Below, one piece after another: positions 27,053-36,202 of a stretch of 64,000 nucleotides of DNA (position 1 is its first letter; the number at the start of each line of letters is the position of its first letter). The position numbers and the translations under genes are program-made. Source of the DNA: an uncultured Acidobacteriota bacterium (GTDB taxonomy: Bacteria; Acidobacteriota; Thermoanaerobaculia; Multivoradales; UBA5704); contig OY969112.1 in NCBI GenBank assembly GCA_963698025.1, positions 6,629,101 through 6,693,100 on the forward strand, written 5' to 3'. The notes beneath the pieces were generated by a model. It saw only the letters and a program-made list of their open reading frames with translations. It was not told where the DNA came from and did not search any database.

Positions 27053-29638
27053 CTATTTGACCCCCTTCAAATCGGCCCCCTTCAGATCGGTCGTCAGCGC
27101 GGCCAGCTTCTTCTTCCGCAGCGCCTCTTCGCGGGTCATCATCGTGCCGGCGGACGAGCGCATGCCGGAGCGGAGCTTCTCGCGGTAGTCGTTGATGGCG
27201 GTGCCGTCCCCCCCCTGGTCGGGAGTGGGGACGTGGAGATCCTCGCCGAAGTCGACCTCCGGGAACCCCTTGGGGCCGAAACGCGGCTCGGCCCCCTTGC
27301 GCTTCGCCTCCAGCGCCTTCAGCACCATGTGCGGATGGATCGGCACCTGATCGACCCGCACGCCCACGGCATCGTAGATGGCGTTCGCCACCGCCGGCAT
27401 CACCGGCAGCAGCGGCCCCTGGCCCACCTCCTTGGCGCCGAAGGGGCCCTGCGGGTCCGGGTCCTCGATCAGATAGGTCGTCACCGGCGGCATGTCGTTG
27501 AAGGTCGGGCTCTTGTACTCCAGCACCGAGGGGTGCTTGTGCACCAGGGCCGAGGAGAGGTGCTTCGGCAGCCGCCGGAAGACCTGCTCCTCCATCATCA
27601 CCTCGCCGAGCCCCATGTAGACGCCCCCCTCGACCTGGCCCATCACCAGCACCGGGTTGAGCGAGCGGCCGACGTCGTGGGCCATCCAGACGTGGACCGG
27701 GTTCCACAGCCCGGTCTCGGGATCGACCTCCACCTCGATCACCGACGCCGAGTAGGAGTAGGCGGGGGAGGGGCCGACGCCGGCACCCCGATAGCGGCCG
27801 GGGGAGCGCGGCGGGATGTAGCTGCCGGTGGTGGCCATGGTGCCGAAGCGGGCCTCGGCGGCGATGACGGCGTCCTGGAAGCTGAGCCCCTTGTCGGGGT
27901 CCTGGGCGTCGAACACCCGGCGCTCGGCGAAGACCACGCGCGAGGTGGGGATCTCGAGCTGCTCGGAGACCGCCTTGGCGATCATCTCGCGTGCCCGTTC
28001 GGCCGCCTGCAAGGCGGCGTTGCCGACCATCAGGGTGACGCGCGAGGAGTAGCTGCCGAGATCGACCGGGGTCAGGTCGGTGTCCGCCACGCAGAGCCGG
28101 ATGTCGGCGAGCGCGACGCCGAGCACCTCGGCCACCACCGCGGCGAGGATCGAGTCCGACCCCTGGCCGATCTCCGATTCACCGCAGAAGACGGCGACGC
28201 CCCCCGAGCGGTCGAGCTTCAGCATCACGCCCGACTGCGGCATGTGGTTCCAGTAGATCGGCAATCCCGCGCCGCAGAGATAGGAGCCGCAGGCGAGGCC
28301 GAGGCCGCGCCCCTCGGGCAGCCGCCCCCAGCGCTCGCGGAAGCCGCTCCCCTCGACGACCGCCTCGATGCAGCGCCTCAGGCCCATCGAGCCGATCTTC
28401 AGCCAGTTGGCGGTGATCGAATCCGGCTCGGCCAGCATGTTCAGCCGCAGGTCCGCCGGGTTGATCCCCAACTTGATGGCGATCTTGTCGAGATGGACCT
28501 CGAAGCCGAAGCGCGGCTGCGGCGTGCCATGGCCGCGCTTGGGTCCGCACGGTGGCTTGTTGGTGAAGCAGCGCACGCCCTGGAACTCGTAGGCCGGCAT
28601 CTTGTAGGTCACCGTCTGGAGCGCGCCGGTGTAATAGGTCGAAGCCACGCCATAGCTGCCGTAGGCGCCGCCGTCGAGGGCGGTGCGCAGGCGCTGGGCG
28701 GTGATCGTGCCATCCTTTTTCACGCCGGTCCGCATCTGCATCAGCACGGGGTGGCGGCCGCGGTGGCAGTAGAAGACCTCCTCGCGGGTGAGGGTGATCT
28801 TGGCCGGCCGGCCGAGCTTGAGCGCCATCTTCGCCGCCACGATCTCGTGATTGAACGGATCGCTTTTCCCCCCGAAGCCGCCGCCGTTGGGGCATGCGAC
28901 CACGCGGACGCGCGAGGCCGGCAGGTCGAGCACCTTGGCGAGGGCGCGGTGGACGTAGTGCGGGGTCTGACTGGAGGAGTAGAGGGTCACCCGGTCGTCG
29001 TCCTCGGGCACGGCCACCGCGGCGTGCTGCTCCATCGGCAGGTGGGTGTTCCCCTCGTAATAGAAAGTATCCTCGAAGATCTCGTCCGCCGCTTCGAAAC
29101 CTTTTTCAACGTCGCCGAAGGTCATCGAGACGACCTTGTGGAGGTTGCCGCGGTCGCCGTAGTCGTGGATGCGCGGCTCGGGGGTGGCGAGCGCCTCCTC
29201 GATGGAGGAGATCGTGGTCAGCGGCTCGTACTCGACCTTCACCTTGAGCGCCGCCTCGTAGGCCGCGTCCTCGGTGATGGCGGCGACGGCGGCCACGGGA
29301 TCGCCGACGAAACGGACCTTGTCCGGGCAGAGCGCGTGCTCGTCCTGGGAGACGGGGAGGATGCCGAACGGGATCGGCGTCTCCTGGCCCGTGAGCGAGC
29401 CGAGGAACCCGGGGACCTTGACGGCCTCGGAGAAGTCGATCGTCTTGATCAGTGCATGCGGATGGGTGGAGCGCACCAGGCGGACGTAGCACATGCGCGG
29501 GAAGGCGAGGTCGTCCGCGAACTTGGTGGCGCCGGTCACCTTGGCGCGGCCGTCCACGCGGCGGAACGGCTTGCCGATGATGTTGGGCTCGCGCTGCGGC
29601 GCGTCCTCGGTCTCGGGTTTTCTGATCGGTTCAGCCAT
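27053..29638 (-). CDS. Xanthine dehydrogenase/aldehyde oxidase family molybdopterin-binding (large) subunit
   Basis: 861 aa. KVTGATKFADDLAFPRMCYVRLVRSTHPHA...; a/b-hammerhead plus MoCo-binding domains. No CODH-type VAYRCSFR motif was seen, so this is not a bona fide CO dehydrogenase. Confidence 0.9.
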   Translation of the reverse strand: MAEPIRKPETEDAPQREPNIIGKPFRRVDGRAKVTGATKFADDLAFPRMCYVRLVRSTHPHALIKTIDFSEAVKVPGFLGSLTGQETPIPFGILPVSQDEHALCPDKVRFVGDPVAAVAAITEDAAYEAALKVKVEYEPLTTISSIEEALATPEPRIHDYGDRGNLHKVVSMTFGDVEKGFEAADEIFEDTFYYEGNTHLPMEQHAAVAVPEDDDRVTLYSSSQTPHYVHRALAKVLDLPASRVRVVACPNGGGFGGKSDPFNHEIVAAKMALKLGRPAKITLTREEVFYCHRGRHPVLMQMRTGVKKDGTITAQRLRTALDGGAYGSYGVASTYYTGALQTVTYKMPAYEFQGVRCFTNKPPCGPKRGHGTPQPRFGFEVHLDKIAIKLGINPADLRLNMLAEPDSITANWLKIGSMGLRRCIEAVVEGSGFRERWGRLPEGRGLGLACGSYLCGAGLPIYWNHMPQSGVMLKLDRSGGVAVFCGESEIGQGSDSILAAVVAEVLGVALADIRLCVADTDLTPVDLGSYSSRVTLMVGNAALQAAERAREMIAKAVSEQLEIPTSRVVFAERRVFDAQDPDKGLSFQDAVIAAEARFGTMATTGSYIPPRSPGRYRGAGVGPSPAYSYSASVIEVEVDPETGLWNPVHVWMAHDVGRSLNPVLVMGQVEGGVYMGLGEVMMEEQVFRRLPKHLSSALVHKHPSVLEYKSPTFNDMPPVTTYLIEDPDPQGPFGAKEVGQGPLLPVMPAVANAIYDAVGVRVDQVPIHPHMVLKALEAKRKGAEPRFGPKGFPEVDFGEDLHVPTPDQGGDGTAINDYREKLRSGMRSSAGTMMTREEALRKKKLAALTTDLKGADLKGVK

Positions 29639-29650
29639 GGTGAATCCTTA

Positions 29651-30220
29651 TCATCTCTGCACGGGTCGCGGTCCGGGGCGATGCGCCGGATCCATGGGAT
29701 CGTCGGAGCCGTAGAACACCTCGCTCGGCGGCGTCCAGTCCTCGCCGCGCATCCTGGCGGCGGCCCATTCGATCCCTTCGAGAATCTTGTGATAGCCGGT
29801 GCAGCGGCAGAGATTGCCGGCGAGGGCCTCGCTCATCTCGCCGCGAGTGGGTTGCGGATTCTCGGCGAGCAGGGCCTTGGCGGCCATCAGGATGCCCGGC
29901 GTGCAGTAGCCGCACTGGGCGGCGCCGAGGTCGGCGAAGGCCGCCTGCAGCGGATGGAGATCGTTGCCGAGCTGCATCCCCTCGACCGTCTCGATCGACT
30001 TGCCGCGCGTCTCGGCGGCGAGGATCAGGCAGGAGAGCACGGGGCGGCCGTCCACCAGCACCGTGCAGGTGCCGCATTCGCCGAGCTCGCAGCCGTGCTT
30101 GGTGCCGGTGAGGGCACACTCCTCGCGCAGCACCTCGAGCAGCGTGTGATGGGTGGGGAAGACCACAGGGCGATCCTCGCCGTTGATCCGCAGCTTCAGG
30201 GTGGTCAGGTCGTCGTGCAT
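29651..30220 (-). CDS. (2Fe-2S)-binding (small) subunit of the molybdoenzyme
   Basis: [12 protein letters not shown]...[20 protein letters not shown]...AQCGYCTPG...NLCRCTGY has both [2Fe-2S] Cys clusters. Start at internal Met (MHDDLTT). Confidence 0.9.
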   Translation of the reverse strand: MHDDLTTLKLRINGEDRPVVFPTHHTLLEVLREECALTGTKHGCELGECGTCTVLVDGRPVLSCLILAAETRGKSIETVEGMQLGNDLHPLQAAFADLGAAQCGYCTPGILMAAKALLAENPQPTRGEMSEALAGNLCRCTGYHKILEGIEWAAARMRGEDWTPPSEVFYGSDDPMDPAHRPGPRPVQR

Positions 30221-30269
30221 TCGTCCTCGATCCTCGTGATTCTCGCTTCGTCTCGATTCGCACCGTTGA

Positions 30270-30336
30270 GGGCGACCGCAGGTCGCCCCTACACCAGACG
30301 TCGGTCGGAGGTTGTAGGGGCGACCTGCGGTCGCCC
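30270..30336. repeat. REP-like element family 1, inverted pair (GGGCGACC-GCA-GGTCGCCC-CTACA)
   Basis: gagggcgaccgcaggtcgcccctaca (30270-30293) and its exact reverse complement tgtaggggcgacctgcggtcgccc (30313-30336), separated by 19 nt. Each unit is an 8-bp GC hairpin with a 3-nt loop. It overlaps the TetR gene 3' end. Confidence 0.7.
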
Positions 30337-30990
30337 ATCGGCGTTCGCCCCGCCTCCATCGTCGGATAACGCGATCTCCACCCCCGCCGCCAGCACCCCG
30401 CGCACCAGCAACTCGGCCTGCTCGCGGCCGATCTCGCGGGCGGTCTTGCGCCCCTCCGGCCGGAACCATTTCACGGTCCAGTTGACGGCTCCCAAGATGG
30501 CGAGCGCGCTCACCTTGGGATCGGTCGGCCGGAAGACGCCCGCCGCCATCCCCTCCTCGAGGAGGTCGCGGAAAGCGCGCTCGTACTCGTCGCGCCGCTC
30601 CTGCACCTCCCGCCGCCAGGTCTCGCCGAGCGCCTCCACCTCCAGGTGAGCGAGCGAGCCCGGGGTCCCCTCGTTCAGGCGGACGACGTGCTCCTCGATC
30701 AGCCGGAAGAGCTTGGCGTCGGCCCGCAGGGGAGCCTCCCGCACCCGCGCGGCGATCTCCAGCAGGCCCGTGAGGGCGTCCTCCTGGACGAAGGCGAGCA
30801 GCTCGTCTTTGTCCTTGAAGTAGTAGTAGAGGTTGCCGACCGCCATCCCCAACTCCGCCGCGATGTCGCGCATCCCGGTCGCCTGCAACCCCCGGCGGCG
30901 GAAGACTCGCGAGGCGGCGTCGAGGATCTCGCGCTTCCTTTCGAGGATCTTGTCGCGGGGTTCCGGCCGGGTGGCGGAGATTTGAACCAT
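30289..30990 (-). CDS. TetR/AcrR family transcriptional regulator
   Basis: ILDAASRVFRRRGLQATGMRDIAAELGMAVGNLYYYFKDKDELL is the TetR_N HTH. Confidence 0.8.
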   Translation of the reverse strand: MVQISATRPEPRDKILERKREILDAASRVFRRRGLQATGMRDIAAELGMAVGNLYYYFKDKDELLAFVQEDALTGLLEIAARVREAPLRADAKLFRLIEEHVVRLNEGTPGSLAHLEVEALGETWRREVQERRDEYERAFRDLLEEGMAAGVFRPTDPKVSALAILGAVNWTVKWFRPEGRKTAREIGREQAELLVRGVLAAGVEIALSDDGGGANADGRPQVAPTTSDRRLV

Positions 30991-31033
30991 GGTTCAAATT
31001 ATCCTGCGGCTGTCCCTTGTTGTCAAGGTTGGA

Positions 31034-31057
31034 GGGCGACCGCAGGTCGCCCCTACA
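31034..31057. repeat. REP-like element family 1, single copy
   Basis: gggcgaccgcaggtcgcccctacaccagatg is nearly identical over 35 nt to the 30270 copy. It lies in the divergent TetR / AI-2E-transporter intergenic region and directly abuts ATG 31062. Confidence 0.65.
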
Positions 31058-31061
31058 CCAG

Positions 31062-32171
31062 ATGTCCAACGTTCCCCTTTCCTCCATCCGGGATACGATC
31101 CCGGGCGTGAAACCAGGAGACGACACCACCATAAAGGCCCCCCTTGTCGCCGGGACCCGGCGCCGCCCAACGGTCACCGAGATCGCTTCCTGGATTCTCG
31201 CCGCCGTGGCGCTGATCCTGGTCCTCTATCTTCGCCTGCTGTCGGCGCTGCTGGGGGGGCTCGCGGTCTACGAGCTGGTGCACATCCTCGGCGGCAAGTT
31301 GCCTTTCCTGCGGGGGCGCCGGGGGGCCGGGAAGCGTTGGGCGGTTGCCATCCTGGCGGTGTTCGTGGTCGCCGCCCTGGTCCTGGCCGTCGTCGGCGTC
31401 ATCGCGTTCTTCCGGGGCAGCGGCGCTCCGGCGAGCCTCCCGGCGCTGCTCGGCCAGATGGCGGACATCCTCGAGACGTCCAAGGAGCATCTTCCCGTAT
31501 GGCTCGCCGCCGAGATCCCGGACAACACCGAGGATCTGAAGAATGAAGGGGTCACCTGGCTTCGCGAGCACGCCGGGCAGTTGCAGATGTTCGGAGCCCA
31601 GATCGGGCGCAGTTTCCTCCACGCGCTGATCGGCATGGTGATCGGCGCCCTGGTCTCGCTGAGCGAGGTGGCGGCGGCCGGATCTCGTGGACCCCTGGCC
31701 GCGGCCTTGACCGAGCGGACCCGCCGCCTGGGCGAAGTCTTCCGGCGCATCGTGTTCGCCCAGGTACGGATCTCGGCGCTCAATACCCTGCTCACCGCCC
31801 TCTACCTGACCGTGCTGCTCCCCCTGCTCGGCGTCCGGCTACCTCTGGTCAAGACGCTGATCGTCCTGACCTTCCTCGCCGGCCTGCTGCCGGTGATCGG
31901 CAACCTGATCTCGAACACAGTCATCGTGGTGGTCAGTCTGTCCTACTCCCTGGGCGCCGCGCTCGGCTCGCTGGTCTTCCTGATCGTGATCCACAAGCTC
32001 GAATACTTCCTCAACGCGAGGATCGTGGGGAGCCAGATCAAAGCCCGAGCCTGGGAGCTCCTGCTGGCCATGCTGGTCATGGAGTCCGCCTTCGGCATGG
32101 CGGGCCTGATCGCCGCGCCGATCTACTATGCCTATCTGAAAGAGGAGCTTTCTTCGCGGGGGTTGATCTGA
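31062..32171 (+). CDS. AI-2E family transporter (UPF0118/PerM-like)
   Basis: About 8 TM helices. C-terminal LIVIHKLEYFLNARIVGSQIKARAWELLLAMLVMESAFGMAGLIAAPIYYAYLKEEL matches the AI-2E signature region. Start moved to Met 16 because the ORF-track N-terminus is encoded by the REP element, so the start is uncertain. Confidence 0.7.
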   Translation: MSNVPLSSIRDTIPGVKPGDDTTIKAPLVAGTRRRPTVTEIASWILAAVALILVLYLRLLSALLGGLAVYELVHILGGKLPFLRGRRGAGKRWAVAILAVFVVAALVLAVVGVIAFFRGSGAPASLPALLGQMADILETSKEHLPVWLAAEIPDNTEDLKNEGVTWLREHAGQLQMFGAQIGRSFLHALIGMVIGALVSLSEVAAAGSRGPLAAALTERTRRLGEVFRRIVFAQVRISALNTLLTALYLTVLLPLLGVRLPLVKTLIVLTFLAGLLPVIGNLISNTVIVVVSLSYSLGAALGSLVFLIVIHKLEYFLNARIVGSQIKARAWELLLAMLVMESAFGMAGLIAAPIYYAYLKEELSSRGLI

Positions 32172-32292
32172 AGCCGAGGACTAACACACCATCAATCTTG
32201 AACTGACGGGTTCTTTATAGGTCGGCCCTATGTGCCGCCCCGGCGACATCACCGCATTACCGAGCGAACAATACCGGGCCAACGGCTCGGGC

Positions 32293-32364
32293 TTCCTCAG
32301 CCCAGGACACCGCCCTGGGTTCCGAGGGGATCCTGGAATGCGATGCGGCTGAAGGGTCGCGCTA
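32293..32364. repeat. Dispersed hairpin-forming repeat, copy 2 (see 25032..25125)
   Basis: cttcctcagcccaggacaccgccctggg ... gatgcggctgaagggtcgcgct. Confidence 0.45.
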
Positions 32365-32384
32365 ACCGGAGGCGGAGACGGCCG

Positions 32385-32465
32385 GCCGCCAGCGCTCCGG
32401 CCAGACCGATCCCGAGGCCGGTCAGCACCCAGCGGAACCCTTGCCTTACGACGACAGCCAGCACT
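32385..32465 (-). pseudogene. Remnant of an ADOP/FtsX permease C-terminal segment
   Basis: The minus-strand translation VLAVVVRQGFRWVLTGLGIGLAGALAA matches VLAVVVRQGFRWVLIGLAIGLVGALAA of the intact permease (encoded around 36380-36460). The 40-nt core cagcacccagcggaaccc(t/c)tgccttacgacgac(a/c)gccagcac has only 2 mismatches. There is no upstream ORF, and the frame then diverges into the repeat at 32293-32364. Confidence 0.4.
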
Positions 32466-32496
32466 TTAGTTGGCGCTCTTCCTATCGGCAGCCCTT

Positions 32497-35400
32497 TCAG
32501 GGGAGCGGAGAGTAGAGGAACACATCGCTCAGCGAGCCGTCTGGACCCCCGTTGAAATCTCCAGGCACCAGGTTCGAGGCGAGGCTGTCGAGGAGCACGA
32601 AGCCGCCGGTCCCGCTGAGCACGAGACCCGTGGAGTCTCTATTTCCCCCACCACCCGGCGGCCGGAACGAGCGGCTCACCAGGGTCATCGTCATCGTCAC
32701 CCGGTCATAAAGATAGATGTTGATGGGCGCGATCGGCGGGGAGCCGATGGCCGTGATGGGATCGGCCGTCAGGTTGGTAGCCTGGCTGGCGAACGCGATG
32801 TAGCGCCCGTCCGCCGCGATTCTGGGCCGCGAGCAGCTACCGTTCGCCTCCTCCCCCTGCGTGCCGGCGGACACGAGTTGCACCTGGCCCGAGATCCGGT
32901 CGAAGAGAAAGATGTTCCGGTGCTGCGCGCCGGGGGGGCGGGCAGCGTAGACGACGAAGCTCCCGTCGCCGCTGATCGCGGGGGGCTCCTCCCCGGAGAG
33001 CTCCGGGGTCGTGGAGGCGCCCGGAGCGTGGCTGACCCAGCGCGTCGTGCCGGCCAGGCGATCGTAGAGGTAGACGTCGATCGAGTGGAGGTCGCCGGCC
33101 TGCCCGGGCACCAGATCATGGAGGTAGCTCTGGAAGGCGACGAAGCGCCCGTCGGCGCTGATCTCCGCCGAGACGCCCAGGTGCGGGTACATCACGGTGG
33201 CATGGCTGATCAGGGCCGGCTTTCCGGTGACCCGGTCGTACAGGTAGAGCGCCCTGTCGCCGGGTTGGGTCGGCTGGACGCCGGTCAGCAGGTCGCGGGC
33301 CCGGCTCGAGATCACGACGGAACGGCCGTCGGCGCTGAGCGATTCGAAGAATGAATAGTGATCGCCCGGGCGGGCGGGGTGGCCTTCGGCATGAGAGAGC
33401 AGGGCGACGGTGCCGGCCGCGCGCTCGTAGGCGAAGACGTTGGTCACGTGGAATCCTGTGTCCACCTGCCCCGGCACCAGATCGAGCGCCAGGCTCTCGA
33501 ATGCGACGGTCGAGCCGTCCGCACTGATCCGCGCATAGGACACCTGACCGGTGGTGGTCACCGCGGAGTCGGCGGACCGGGAGACGAGCGTGGTCTCGCC
33601 GGTGACCCGGTCGAAGAGGAAGACGTCGAAGCCGGTGGCGTTTCCGCCTTCGGCCTGCCCCGGGACCAGATCGGTCGCCACGCTGAGATAGGCGACGAAA
33701 CGGCCATCCGCACTGATCGAGGGATCGGCGGACTTCCGGTTGCCGGCCTGCGCGGAGGAAGCGGCGGCATGGCTCACCAGGATGGTCTTCCGGAGCGTCC
33801 GGTCGTAGAGGAAGACGTCCGCCACACCGTTGGCGTCGCGGGCTCCGGGGACCAGCTGCGTCGAGCCGCTGACGAAGGCGGCGTAGCGCCCGTCCGCGCT
33901 GAGATCGCCGGCGCCGCTCCGGGCCTGCGGGGTCGCCGAGGGCAGGCCCGGGTCGCGGCGCGAGACCAGCTCCCGCTCCCCGGTGCTCCGCCCCCACAGG
34001 TAGATGTCCGTCGCCTGGTTGAGATCCCGCCGGTCTGGCGCCAGGTCGGTGGCCTGGCTGCTGAACGCGACCCAGCTTCCATCCGCGCTGAGCGCGCCCT
34101 CCAGCGAGTCGCCGTTGCCGCCGAGATCGCCGTCGGCGCCGGCGTGGCTGACCAGGACGGTCCGGTCGGAACCGCGGTCGTAGAGGAAAAAATTGGCTAC
34201 CGAGGGCGAGGCGGGATCGCCGGGACCGACGAGGTCCGGGGCCGCGCTCGAGAACAGGACCCGCTCGCCATCGGCGCTGAGGCCTGTCAGAACGGAGTAG
34301 TTCCCACCCTCCGTCAACGGCTGGCCGAAGGAGTGGCTGACCAGGCGGATGGCTCCCGAGGCCCGCTCCCACAAAAACACGTTGGTGGGGTACAGGGCGG
34401 GATCGGGGGGCTGCGCGGGCCTCTCTCCGGGCACCAGGTCCTCGGCCACGCTGTAGAAGGCCACCCGGCTCCCGTCGGCGCTGACATAAAAACCGAACGT
34501 GCCGCCGGCCGCCCGCGTTGGCGAGCCGGCCGCGTGGCTGATCAGGGTCACGGCTCCGGTCGGGCGGTGGAAGAGGAAGACGTTCGAGCCAGCCTCGCCG
34601 GTCTGGCCCGCCACCAGGTTCGAGGCGCTGCTCAGGAAGGCGATGTCGTCACCGTCGGCGCTGATCACCGCCGCCGCTCCGTCGAGCCCTGCGCCCGTCT
34701 TAGGCGAGCCGGCCGCGTGGCTGACCAGGACGTTCCGCTGGGTGATGCGGTCGTAGACGAAGGCGTTCACGAGGCCGGAGACCGGGGCAGTCTGGCCGGC
34801 GATCAGATCATCAGCGAAGCTGCCGAAGGCGACGTAGCGACCATCGGCACTGATCGTGGGGGAAAACGAGTCGCTATCGCTCACCTGCGTGGCGGTACCG
34901 GCCTTTCGGCTGACCAGCACCGTCTTCCCGGTGACCCTGTCGTAGAGAAACACGCCGTCGGCGGTACCGGTCTGCCCGTTGACCAGATCCGTTACGTCGC
35001 TGCTGAAGGCGACATAACGGCCGTCCGCGCTCACCGCCGGCTCGCCGCTGAAATCGCCGGAGCTCCGGGTGCTCAGTGAGCGGCTGACCAGGATCGTCGC
35101 TCCCGTGATCCGGTCGTAGAGAAAGACGTTGCTCCTCCCGGCGCGGAGCTTCCGCGGAACCAGGTCGGTGGCCTGGCTTACGAAGGCGATCCAGCGGCCG
35201 TCGGCGCTGATCACGGGGCGATTGCAGGCGTACTCGCAAGCCTGATCGCCGGCGGTCCGGTCCGAGCGCGCCGTGTGGCTCACCAGGGTGACGGTGCCGG
35301 AGATGCGGTCATACAGGAAGACATCGCCCCCCTGGTTGTCGTCGATCTGGCCCGGCGACAGGTTGGCCGCGGCGCTGAAGAAGACGGTCCAGCGGCCGTT

Positions 35401-35574
35401 GGCGCTCAGGGCCGCGCTCCCGCTCGCGCCCCCCACCGCATCCGAGGCCCGCCGGGGAGGGATCCTGCTCAGCAGATCGAGCTGGCCGGCGTGGGCGGTC
35501 GGCGGGACCCCGAGCAGCAGGGCCGTCAGGATGCCGAGGGGGATAATCGTTCGCATCGGGACGGCTCGCGGCAC
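32497..35574 (-). CDS. Secreted PD40/TolB-like WD40-like beta-propeller repeat protein (1025 aa, about 20 repeats)
   Basis: Recurrent units resemble ISADGR(Y/F)VAF.S.A.DLVPG...DVFLYDR.TG.T.LVS. GTG start with an AAGGAGG Shine-Dalgarno sequence. Signal peptide MPRAVPMRTIIPLGILTALLLGVPPTAHA. Confidence 0.8.
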   Translation of the reverse strand: MPRAVPMRTIIPLGILTALLLGVPPTAHAGQLDLLSRIPPRRASDAVGGASGSAALSANGRWTVFFSAAANLSPGQIDDNQGGDVFLYDRISGTVTLVSHTARSDRTAGDQACEYACNRPVISADGRWIAFVSQATDLVPRKLRAGRSNVFLYDRITGATILVSRSLSTRSSGDFSGEPAVSADGRYVAFSSDVTDLVNGQTGTADGVFLYDRVTGKTVLVSRKAGTATQVSDSDSFSPTISADGRYVAFGSFADDLIAGQTAPVSGLVNAFVYDRITQRNVLVSHAAGSPKTGAGLDGAAAVISADGDDIAFLSSASNLVAGQTGEAGSNVFLFHRPTGAVTLISHAAGSPTRAAGGTFGFYVSADGSRVAFYSVAEDLVPGERPAQPPDPALYPTNVFLWERASGAIRLVSHSFGQPLTEGGNYSVLTGLSADGERVLFSSAAPDLVGPGDPASPSVANFFLYDRGSDRTVLVSHAGADGDLGGNGDSLEGALSADGSWVAFSSQATDLAPDRRDLNQATDIYLWGRSTGERELVSRRDPGLPSATPQARSGAGDLSADGRYAAFVSGSTQLVPGARDANGVADVFLYDRTLRKTILVSHAAASSAQAGNRKSADPSISADGRFVAYLSVATDLVPGQAEGGNATGFDVFLFDRVTGETTLVSRSADSAVTTTGQVSYARISADGSTVAFESLALDLVPGQVDTGFHVTNVFAYERAAGTVALLSHAEGHPARPGDHYSFFESLSADGRSVVISSRARDLLTGVQPTQPGDRALYLYDRVTGKPALISHATVMYPHLGVSAEISADGRFVAFQSYLHDLVPGQAGDLHSIDVYLYDRLAGTTRWVSHAPGASTTPELSGEEPPAISGDGSFVVYAARPPGAQHRNIFLFDRISGQVQLVSAGTQGEEANGSCSRPRIAADGRYIAFASQATNLTADPITAIGSPPIAPINIYLYDRVTMTMTLVSRSFRPPGGGGNRDSTGLVLSGTGGFVLLDSLASNLVPGDFNGGPDGSLSDVFLYSPLP

Positions 35575-36202
35575 GGGACCTCCTTGTATCCGAAGGGAAG
35601 CTCAAGGCAAGGCGGCTTGCCAAGATCTTATATCCTACGCCCCGCGGAAGCTTAAGAACCGATTTTGTCGGTTTCCCGTTGAGGATCTGCGGGTGCTCTC
35701 CGCTCGCGATCGCCACAGCCACGAATTTCCGATCGCTGGGGTCGAATGCGGCGAGCTCTGGGTCCTCAGGAAATTCCTCGAAGCCTGCTCCCGAATCTCG
35801 ATCAGGGCACCGATGCAGGAGCTGACGCGTTCGATACCGGCTTGGCTCATCGCGGCGATCTCACCGAATTCATCGCCGAAGAAATACGGCACCCGGACGG
35901 CGCGCTGGGAGCAGGCCTTCTCCACGGACGGCGGCGCGACGTGGGAGACGAACTGGACGATGGACATGACGCGGATCGAAGATTGAGGACGACGATGCTA
36001 CGATTCTTCCTGACGTTGCTGCTCCCCCTGGCGCCCTTGACGGTCGACGCCGATCCGGCGCTCCTCGCGCGCTTCCAGGCGCTGGCGGAGGGGACCGCGC
36101 GCTCGATTTCCGCAACCGGCCTGCTTCGCGGCACGCCCGAGCTGGTGATTCTCGATCCCGCCAGCCGCTCCCGGCTGCGCTGGCTTTGAAGAGAGGAAAC
36201 CC

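Noticed and set aside
27233-30649. 1138-aa ORF on the plus strand
   Set aside because: Antisense to the three xanthine-dehydrogenase-family subunit genes, which have unambiguous conserved motifs. Typical high-GC shadow ORF.
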